Source of the DNA: Dehalococcoidales bacterium
GTDB lineage: Bacteria > Chloroflexota > Dehalococcoidia > Dehalococcoidales > CSSed11-197
Length of the DNA: 53,663 nt
Direction of reading: 5' to 3'
Assembly (NCBI GenBank): GCA_028716145.1
Contig: JAQUQL010000001.1
Span: forward strand, 1 to 53,663
The notes under the pieces were generated by a model. That model did not search any database and was not told the origin of the DNA. It was given only the letters and a program-made list of their open reading frames with translations. The position numbers were made by a program, and so were the translations under genes. Within the stretch, counting starts at the first letter, position 1, and the number at the start of each line of letters is the position of its first letter. Positions 47,493 to 53,663 of the stretch are shown here, piece after piece.

Positions 47493-49721
47493 GTGGTATT
47501 GACTCCCGCAAAAAATGCTTTTGCTTCTATCGAGCGGCTTACTGTTAATGCTCTGCTGTCTGCTGGAGCGATAGCTATTTTCACTGTGCTGTTGGGGTTT
47601 ATATCCACCAGTAGCGTTACACGGCCGCTAAATCGCTTGGTAAAGGGTACCCGTATTATCGGATCCGGTAATCTTGATTATCCGATAGCCACCAAATCAA
47701 AAGATGAGGTGGGTGATGTTTCGCGCGAAATTGCTTATATGGCACAGAATCTCAAGCAAATCCTTGTATCCCGCGATACTTTGCTTGAGGAAATCAAGAA
47801 TCGCGAGCAAACGGAAATTGCCTTAAAAACCAGCCTGGAGCGTTTTCATCAGGTTGCTGAAAACGCCAATGAGTTTATCTGGGAAGTAGATGCCAGCGGG
47901 CTGTATACCTATGCCAGCCCGGCAGTAGAAAATATCACCGGTTACAAACCGGAAGAGATCATCGGTCGCTTTCACTATTACGATTTTTTTACCGCTGAAA
48001 CTTATGAAAATACAAAAAAAGATGCTGAGTCTATTTTCTCCTCCAGAGACAGGTTTACAAGTTATACCAACAGCGTGCTCCACAAAGATGGCAGAGAAGT
48101 GATCGTTGAAACCAGCGGGCAGCCTGTGCTTGATAAAAAAGGCAGACTTTTGGGTTATCGAGGACTAGATCTTGATGTTACTGAACGTATAAACAATTTT
48201 AACGAGCTTGTAAACAGCCAGCAGTTTCTTTCCAGCCTGTATGATGCGCTGGAAGATGTTATTTTTACAGTTGATATTCCAGAAAGAACTATAGTTTATG
48301 TAAATAATACAGTAGAAAAGGTTTTCGGATATACAGTTGAAGAATGTATCGGAAAATCTACTCAATTCTTGTATGCAGCTGAAGATGAATACAAAAAATT
48401 CGGCAACCGTCTTGAGCAGGCTATCCAGAATAAAGAAAGTCTGATTGTACAGGTTTCTAAGTTAAAAAACAGCCAAAATGAAATTATCATGGGGGAGATA
48501 TCAACCACTTTTCTGTTAAAAGATGGTAAACCCTACCGTGTAATCAGTGTAGTGCGTGATATTACCGAGAAGCTCAAAATTGAAAAGGAAAAGGAAACCC
48601 TCCGCCGCAAGGCTGAAATTTCCTCCCGCCTTGCAACAGTAGGAGAAATGGCAGCCGGCATCGCCCATGAAATAAACAACCCCCTGACAAGTGTTATCGG
48701 CTTTGCTGACCTTTTACTGGAAGAAGATCTCCCGGCAGAAACCAGAGAGCAGCTAAAGATTATTGCCGAAGGTTCAAACCGGGTCAAGGGTATAATCAAA
48801 CGTCTTTTGACCTTTGCCCGCCAGGTTACCCCTCAAAAGGTCATGCTTGATATTCACGATCTTTTAGATGGTACCCTGGAACTTCGCACCTACGTATTAA
48901 ATACATCCAATATAAAAGTGGTTAAAAAATATGCCCGGAAAATCCCGAGGGTTTATGCAGATGCCAGCCAGCTTCAGCAGATTTTTATGAACTTTATCGT
49001 TAATGCCGAACAGGCCATGAAAAAATTTCGTAACCGGGGGGAATTGACAATAACAACAGGGTGCGATGAAGAGTTTGTCTACATCTCTTTTAAAGACAAT
49101 GGACCCGGCATGAGTGAAGAAGTAATATCAAGAATATACGATCCGTTTTTCACTACCAAGGACCCAGGGGAAGGAACAGGTTTGGGGATTCCTTTAGCAA
49201 ATGCAATTGTGCTTGACCATGGTGGTTCCATTAATATTGAAAGCGAACCAGGCAAAGGCTCCAGGTTTACCGTTCGACTGCCACTGCCGAAAATGAGCGA
49301 GCAATCCCAGGCAAGCCAAAAAACTACCAGCATTCAGCCTTATCTAACAGATAAACCAGGCCTCAAAGTTTTAGTTGTGGATGATGAGCCTTCTATCAGG
49401 GTACTTTTGTCTAAATCCTTGGGAAAAGCCGGACATATCGTAACAGAAGCTCTCTCAGCCACTTCCGGGCTCAAGCTAATCCTGGACAACTCATATGATG
49501 TTATTCTTGTGGATATCCGCATGCCGGAAATGAGTGGTATCGAGTTCTTTCACCAGGCTACCGCCAAGCGCCCCGAACTGGCAAACAAGATAATATACAT
49601 AACCGGCGATACTTCAGATGCCAACACTCGCAATTTTCTTCAGGAAAATGCACTGCCTTATCTTACCAAGCCATTCGATACCAAAACCCTTTTGAAAGTT
49701 ATCCAAAACAAGGTAGAGTAA
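47493..49721 (+). CDS. Sensor histidine kinase, C-terminal part (TM2-HAMP-PAS-PAS-HisKA-HATPase-REC), same frame as 46569..47486
   Basis: HAMP (RPLNRLV...DEVGD), two PAS-like repeats, H-box AHEINNPL, G-boxes DNGPGM and GTGLGI, then a receiver domain VLVVDDE...LVDIRMPEMSG...KPF. The frame is open from 47487. Confidence 0.8.
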   Translation: MVLTPAKNAFASIERLTVNALLSAGAIAIFTVLLGFISTSSVTRPLNRLVKGTRIIGSGNLDYPIATKSKDEVGDVSREIAYMAQNLKQILVSRDTLLEEIKNREQTEIALKTSLERFHQVAENANEFIWEVDASGLYTYASPAVENITGYKPEEIIGRFHYYDFFTAETYENTKKDAESIFSSRDRFTSYTNSVLHKDGREVIVETSGQPVLDKKGRLLGYRGLDLDVTERINNFNELVNSQQFLSSLYDALEDVIFTVDIPERTIVYVNNTVEKVFGYTVEECIGKSTQFLYAAEDEYKKFGNRLEQAIQNKESLIVQVSKLKNSQNEIIMGEISTTFLLKDGKPYRVISVVRDITEKLKIEKEKETLRRKAEISSRLATVGEMAAGIAHEINNPLTSVIGFADLLLEEDLPAETREQLKIIAEGSNRVKGIIKRLLTFARQVTPQKVMLDIHDLLDGTLELRTYVLNTSNIKVVKKYARKIPRVYADASQLQQIFMNFIVNAEQAMKKFRNRGELTITTGCDEEFVYISFKDNGPGMSEEVISRIYDPFFTTKDPGEGTGLGIPLANAIVLDHGGSINIESEPGKGSRFTVRLPLPKMSEQSQASQKTTSIQPYLTDKPGLKVLVVDDEPSIRVLLSKSLGKAGHIVTEALSATSGLKLILDNSYDVILVDIRMPEMSGIEFFHQATAKRPELANKIIYITGDTSDANTRNFLQENALPYLTKPFDTKTLLKVIQNKVE

Positions 49722-49808
49722 AAAACGCGGGTCAGTCTTTAAAGGCAAAAAACCTCTGACTATCATACCCCCAAACACCATACTCTTTATGTTAAACATA
49801 GAAACACA

Positions 49809-49840
49809 ACAAGCTTTTTAGCTTGTATTATTTGTTCTTT
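49809..49840 (+). terminator. Weak rho-independent terminator after the kinase gene
   Basis: ACAAGCT-TTTT-AGCTTGT hairpin followed by ATTATTTGTTCTTT. Confidence 0.4.
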
Positions 49841-49900
49841 GCCGCACAGAAACGGGAGGTTTTGTTTATCAACCAAAATTGCTCAATAATATCACTAATC

Positions 49901-49911
49901 TGGTATATAAT
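49901..49911 (+). promoter_or_regulatory. Extended -10-like element for the protease gene
   Basis: TGGTATATAAT lies about 45 nt upstream of ATG 49956. A GGGAG ribosome-binding site sits near 49942. Confidence 0.4.
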
Positions 49912-49955
49912 AGAGGAAATTGATGCTCTTAATTTCTTAAAGGGAGTGTGTTGTT

Positions 49956-50981
49956 ATGCCAAAATGGCTCGTTTTTCTTATAACTGTTGCATTGATTGTT
50001 TCTACCAGTCTCAATGCATTTTTAATATTCCACGAACAAGGCATGGTCAACGAAATTGAACTGAAATACTTAAGCCTGTTTAACCGTTTTTCTTCCGTCG
50101 AGGCAAACATTGGAAGCCTGGGAGACGAATTTTCATCTCTGAGCGCAGATCACTCTGTTGTTAATGATGACATGCTGACGCTAAGTTCAAGAGCAGGTGA
50201 ACTATCCTATGCTCTTGATTCCCAGCAGAACGCAATCACCGGGATCATCGATGATATTGCAGACATCCGACAAAGTTCCACCGAAAACTATTCTGATATT
50301 GAAACTTTTTCTTTAGATTTAGATCTTATGGAAGTAAATATCTCCCAGCTGCAAACGCAGTTAGATGAGATTGAGGAGGATATCGGTGTTTTACAGGCCC
50401 ACCATGAAGCCTTAAGAAAAGCCGTGGAAGCAGTGGAGGATTCTGTTGTTTTGATCCAGACTTATATACCAAACACGGGTTACGTGAGCGGTTCTGGTTT
50501 TGTGGTGAATGAAAGAGGTTATATAGTAACCAATTACCACGTAATTGAAGGCGGGAGCGCAATCACGGTATTTTTCACCAGCGGCACCAGTTACATCGCC
50601 AGCGTGATTCGTACTGATTCTGCACGGGATATTGCAGTGATAAAGGTATCCTCCTCGGAAGCAAACTTTCCGGTTGTAAGCCTGGGCTCCTCCGCAGAAT
50701 CCCAGATAGGAGAGGAAATACTGGCGGTAGGGTATCCTTACATTGCTGAATGGCCGGTATTTACCAGCGGAATTATATCTGGAAAGGCGCGGCTTTTTGG
50801 CTATAACTGGCTTCAGCTGGATGCCGCTGTAAACCATGGAAACAGTGGCGGGCCACTGGTAAACCTTAAAGGTGAAGTGATTGGAATAAATACTTTGGGT
50901 TGGGTAGATTACAACATAGAAGGTTTTAGCATGGCCATCCCGGTCGATGAAGTACAAGATTTCATCCTTAGTGCCTTTTAG
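49956..50981 (+). CDS. Membrane-anchored trypsin-like serine protease (S1C/HtrA-like, no PDZ domain) with an N-terminal coiled coil
   Basis: 341 aa with an N-terminal TM and about 140 aa of coiled coil. Protease core shows TNYHVI (His), DIAVIKV (Asp) and GNSGGPL (Ser). The protein ends about 35 aa after the Ser motif. Confidence 0.8.
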   Translation: MPKWLVFLITVALIVSTSLNAFLIFHEQGMVNEIELKYLSLFNRFSSVEANIGSLGDEFSSLSADHSVVNDDMLTLSSRAGELSYALDSQQNAITGIIDDIADIRQSSTENYSDIETFSLDLDLMEVNISQLQTQLDEIEEDIGVLQAHHEALRKAVEAVEDSVVLIQTYIPNTGYVSGSGFVVNERGYIVTNYHVIEGGSAITVFFTSGTSYIASVIRTDSARDIAVIKVSSSEANFPVVSLGSSAESQIGEEILAVGYPYIAEWPVFTSGIISGKARLFGYNWLQLDAAVNHGNSGGPLVNLKGEVIGINTLGWVDYNIEGFSMAIPVDEVQDFILSAF

Positions 50982-51020
50982 CCCTGGTTAATATCCTGTC
51001 TTCCAACTACAATTTACATT

Positions 51021-51054
51021 GATAGGGGTGGGCTGATTTCGGCCCACCCCTATC
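51021..51054. terminator. GC-rich hairpin between convergent genes
   Basis: Perfect 13-bp stem GATAGGGGTGGGC/GCCCACCCCTATC with an 8-nt loop. No strong U-tract on either side. Confidence 0.55.
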
Positions 51055-51100
51055 AATCATATGTTATCCCAGGCGTAACTCTGAATTTTTAACCGGCTTA

Positions 51101-51847
51101 TTATCTTCCACCTTCCCACCATTCATAAATTGTTGAATCTTCCGGGTCCCATGCGTAGAGCATATCTCCAACAAGAGCGGAATTTAAAACAAAGATATAA
51201 CCATCGGAAACATAAATAAAAGCTGACACATAATAGCCATCATTTGCACCTGCTTCCTGCACCCTTAAGGCGTGCGAAAACCATGATTCAAGGCTGGATG
51301 CTATCGGCTGAACGTGTGCTTTTACCCATACCGAGAGGGTATCATAGTCCGGAAAATCTTCAAGCGGGTATTTGGCGTTGATTTCATCAAGATCTGTGTT
51401 CAAACTAACGATTTCCGAATTGGCGTTTTCGAGCTGGTTTTCCAGATTGTATATCTGGTTGTTTAAGCTAGATATTTCGCTGCTTAAACCTTCTATTTCC
51501 TGACGAGCGTTTGCCAGATCACCGTCCAGGCTATTAATCTGAGCATTGGCAGTTGATAGCTCATTTGTTTTGATACTCAATGCCTCTTTGGTAGTGGAAA
51601 GTTCGCTGGCAGTGGAATCATACTTACCCTGGAGATCATCAAGATCGTCATTGGCGCTTATAATTGCATTATCCGCATCTGCCAGATCATTTTCCAAACT
51701 TGTGATTTCCTGCTCGAGTGCGGTTTTATCCAGCATTAACAGTTCTGCATGATGATTGGAATCTTCAAGCTGCATGAATAGAGGAACCCCCGCCGCTAGT
51801 GCTCCTGCTATTGCTCCTGTAACCGCAATACTTATAATTTTTATCAA
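51101..51847 (-). CDS. Membrane-anchored coiled-coil protein with a small globular C-terminal domain
   Basis: 248 aa with an N-terminal TM (IISIAVTGAIAGALAAGVPLF), about 130 aa of Asn/Leu/Glu-rich heptad-like repeats and a Trp/Tyr-rich C-terminus. GGAGGGAG ribosome-binding site. Confidence 0.6.
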   Translation of the reverse strand: MIKIISIAVTGAIAGALAAGVPLFMQLEDSNHHAELLMLDKTALEQEITSLENDLADADNAIISANDDLDDLQGKYDSTASELSTTKEALSIKTNELSTANAQINSLDGDLANARQEIEGLSSEISSLNNQIYNLENQLENANSEIVSLNTDLDEINAKYPLEDFPDYDTLSVWVKAHVQPIASSLESWFSHALRVQEAGANDGYYVSAFIYVSDGYIFVLNSALVGDMLYAWDPEDSTIYEWWEGGR

Positions 51848-52153
51848 TTTCTCCCTCCTAGAAAATTATTCTAAAGCTTCTGACACCAGCTGCACTTCTA
51901 TTAATGTGTTCTTCTTAAAATACTAATGATTTTATTATTTCCGATATTTTACATCACACCCGTGACAATATTACGTTCCTTTAGAACATCTATATTCTTG
52001 TTAGAGTATTTTTTTAATAATTCTTGATAATCTATGTATATTATCCCTGGCAAAACACGATCTGCCTTGTATATTGGCAATCCTGAAGGCTAAAATAAAT
52101 CCAATTATTAGCCCTCCACTTAAAATATCAGAAAGATCCAAAGGAGACATCTA

Positions 52154-52903
52154 ATGAAAATCAAAGGCATCCGGGTTGTAATAACAGGAGCTTCTTCCGG
52201 AATCGGGCTTGAGCTTGCCAGGCTTTTTCTGGATCGTGGCGCGCGGGTTCTGGGCGCATCCCTGCCTGATAGGCAAATCGCCATCGAGGACAATAACTAC
52301 CACCATGTCGAACTGGACATTTCCACTCGGGAAGGGGTTGACAGGCTTTTTGAAGAAGCTCTTAATCAATTTGGGAAAATTGACTGCTTCGTTGCCAATG
52401 CTGGAATGGCGCATTATGAAAAACTTATTCGTGCTGACTGGGACCACCTTAACCCTATAATAGACACCAATATTAAAAGTGTGATGTATTCTGCTATCAA
52501 AATGAAGGAGCTTTACCCTACCGAACCTTTTCATTTTATGGTAACTTCCAGCGTGATGGGCTATTGGCCACTCCCAGGATACGCTATTTACAGTGCCACC
52601 AAAGCGGCAACAAGCACCTTTTTGGATGGCTTAAGACTGGAATGGGAAAGGGATCAGCGGTTGCATGTTGTCTACCCGGTTGCCACCAAAACCCGCTTCT
52701 TCGATGTTGCAGGCCAGCCCCATGATTCCTGGATGATGCAAACATCAAAGCACGTAGCTAAAAAGATGCTCAAAGGTCTTGAAAAGGATAAAAAGAAAAT
52801 ATACCCTTCTCCGATATTTGAGATGTGCTACCGAGTAGCGCCTTGGGCAATTTCATTCTACCGCAAGCGCGAGGCCAATCTGCTTAAACGTTATTACAGT
52901 TAA
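52154..52903 (+). CDS. Short-chain dehydrogenase/reductase
   Basis: 249 aa showing TGASSGIG, NAG and the catalytic YSATK. AAGGAG ribosome-binding site. Confidence 0.88.
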   Translation: MKIKGIRVVITGASSGIGLELARLFLDRGARVLGASLPDRQIAIEDNNYHHVELDISTREGVDRLFEEALNQFGKIDCFVANAGMAHYEKLIRADWDHLNPIIDTNIKSVMYSAIKMKELYPTEPFHFMVTSSVMGYWPLPGYAIYSATKAATSTFLDGLRLEWERDQRLHVVYPVATKTRFFDVAGQPHDSWMMQTSKHVAKKMLKGLEKDKKKIYPSPIFEMCYRVAPWAISFYRKREANLLKRYYS

Positions 52904-52991
52904 TAACTCTGTTGAGATTGCTGTTTAGCAAGACAGTCGCTCGAGCGCAACCGAAGGGTCTTACGCAAGTTGTAACCGCCCACTCAAAAAA

Positions 52992-53026
52992 ATGTCATTC
53001 TGGAACGGAGTGAAGAATCTTATAAG
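52992..53026 (+). repeat. Hairpin-forming intergenic repeat, copy A (direct)
   Basis: ATGTCATTCTGGAACGGAGTGAAGAATCTTATAAG. ATTCT...AGAAT forms a stem. Similarity to copy B continues for about 60 nt downstream (ATCTCGTAAACAC ... CGGGCAC). Confidence 0.7.
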
Positions 53027-53081
53027 ATTAGAGCCCGCCATCTCGTAAACACCCCCATGCTACAACGGGCACTATTACGTG

Positions 53082-53123
53082 TAAGATCCTTCTTCGCACT
53101 TACGTGCTCATCGAGGATGACAC
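53082..53123 (-). repeat. Hairpin-forming intergenic repeat, copy C (inverted)
   Basis: The reverse complement reads GTGTCATCCTCGATGAGCACGTAAGTGCGAAGAAGGATCTTA. It has the same TGTCAT.CT...GCGAAGAA..ATCTTA frame with a longer loop. Confidence 0.65.
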
Positions 53124-53197
53124 CGAATACTAAACTACCTAATCAACGATGACACAGCAGATGAAAAGCCCTGTCAACCTCAAACACCTGTTAACAA

Positions 53198-53232
53198 ATG
53201 TCATTCTGAGCTTCAGCGAAGAATCTTAAAAG
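53198..53232 (+). repeat. Hairpin-forming intergenic repeat, copy B (direct)
   Basis: AATGTCATTCTGAGCTTCAGCGAAGAATCTTAAAAG, 206 nt downstream of copy A. Confidence 0.7.
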
Positions 53233-53354
53233 AACCGGGCGCGTTAATCTGTAAACACTGCGTATGTTGCGGCGGGCACAATCCGTAAATAATCACTCTC
53301 CGGGCTGGCGTTCTCTTACGTGTTGCCACCAACAAAATAGCAGCCTCTGATAAT

Positions 53355-53383
53355 TTGACCTGCATGCATTTGCAGAATATAAT
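53355..53383 (+). promoter_or_regulatory. Near-consensus sigma-70 promoter of the terminal wHTH gene
   Basis: TTGACC (53355-53360), a 17-nt spacer, then TATAAT (53378-53383), 41 nt upstream of ATG 53425. Confidence 0.65.
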
Positions 53384-53395
53384 ACTGCAAATGCA
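53365..53395. promoter_or_regulatory. Palindromic operator straddling the -10 box
   Basis: Perfect 11-bp inverted repeat TGCATTTGCAG-N9-CTGCAAATGCA. The 9-nt spacer AATATAATA contains the -10 hexamer. Confidence 0.6.
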
Positions 53396-53424
53396 GTAAT
53401 ATAAACTGCTATGGAGACTTAAGC

Positions 53425-53663
53425 ATGCTGGAAACACTTTTTGGCTCAAAGTTAAGAGTAAAAGCCTTGGGTTGGCTGTTCACTCATCCTGATGAACGCT
53501 TTTTTGTACGCCAACTCACCAAAATATTGAATGAAGATTCCACCAACCTCAGCCGGGAACTAACACGCTTGGAAAAAACCGGAATTCTTGTTTCAACAAA
53601 AGAGGGCAGGCAAAAATATTACCAGCCAAACCGTAAAAGCCCTGTTTATGACGAGATCCACAG
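53425..53663 (+). CDS. Winged-helix (ArsR/MarR-like) transcriptional regulator, 3'-truncated by the window edge
   Basis: MLETLFGSKLRVKALGWLFTHPDERFFVRQLTKILNEDSTNLSRELTRLEKTGILVSTKEGRQKYYQ... reads as helix-turn-helix plus wing. The frame is open to the window end. It is absent from the ORF track because it has no stop. Confidence 0.7.
   Translation, partial: MLETLFGSKLRVKALGWLFTHPDERFFVRQLTKILNEDSTNLSRELTRLEKTGILVSTKEGRQKYYQPNRKSPVYDEIH

Noticed and set aside
49823-50059. 78-aa plus-strand ORF upstream of and overlapping the protease gene
   Set aside because: It starts inside the kinase terminator tail, spans the protease promoter and overlaps the protease start out of frame. It has a TTG start, no ribosome-binding site and an implausible Cys/Phe/Ile-rich sequence.
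52001-52150. Unlisted 49-codon minus-strand ORF (MSPLDLSDILSGGLIIGFILAFRIANIQGR...) with one hydrophobic segment, in the AT-rich gap upstream of the SDR gene
   Set aside because: It has no Shine-Dalgarno sequence. Its ATG overlaps the SDR ribosome-binding site on the other strand, and the A/T-rich region probably holds the two divergent promoters. A small membrane peptide cannot be excluded, but nothing supports it.
53213-53449. 78-aa minus-strand ORF across the repeat tract and the wHTH promoter
   Set aside because: It runs antisense through repeat copy B, the consensus promoter and operator, and the start of the wHTH gene. It has no ribosome-binding site and a Cys/Ile/Leu-rich, low-information translation.
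1-53663. CRISPR arrays, rRNA or tRNA genes, transposases, integrases or prophage genes
   Set aside because: I found no regularly spaced direct repeats, no rRNA- or tRNA-like sequence, and no ORF with DDE, tyrosine-recombinase or serine-recombinase motifs. The only repeat cluster is the three-copy hairpin module at 52992-53232.

Overview
This 53.7 kb window is a compact bacterial chromosome segment with moderate GC, made up almost entirely of core housekeeping genes on both strands. All calls rest on motif recognition in the supplied ORF translations and on reading the DNA by eye; no searches were run.

Gene content:
- Arginine synthesis: argG, argH.
- Fatty-acid-kinase-like cluster: divergent rpmB, then a DAK2 protein, two DegV proteins and recG.
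- Translation and transcription: argS, a DUF177 protein, rpmF, nusB, mfd, glyQS.
- Proline synthesis: proB and proA, separated by two small paralogous ORFs.
- RNA, tRNA and nucleotide functions: rph, rsmG, tmk, mnmA, rnhB, yraN.
- Thiamine: thiC behind a clear TPP riboswitch, and an N-terminally extended thiE.
- Membrane pyrophosphatase hppA.
- Purine salvage: ade, hpt and a COG1926-like phosphoribosyltransferase.
- Iron uptake and anaerobic ribonucleotide reduction: feoAB divergent from nrdDG.
- Other: an sbcD with no sbcC beside it, a hybrid sensor kinase, a PDZ-less HtrA-like protease, a coiled-coil membrane protein and an SDR.

I saw no rRNA, tRNA, CRISPR array, transposase, integrase or recognisable defence gene. 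The anaerobic gene set, strong AGGAGG ribosome-binding sites and TGnTAnAAT extended -10 promoters fit an anaerobe such as a Dehalococcoidia-like Chloroflexota or a Firmicutes-like lineage. That placement is only an impression.

I did not find a convincing multi-gene novel system. The most unusual items are:
1. Two tandem paralogous small ORFs of unknown family wedged into the proB-proA operon.
2. An in-frame TGA exactly where a conserved Trp is expected in a Cache-type hybrid histidine kinase.
3. A 0.5 kb non-coding tract at the 3' end with three copies of a hairpin-forming repeat, followed by a textbook promoter with a palindromic operator and a truncated winged-helix regulator gene. This looks like the edge of an accessory region.
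4. A divergent feoAB/nrdDG control region carrying a DtxR/IdeR-like palindrome and an NrdR-like box.
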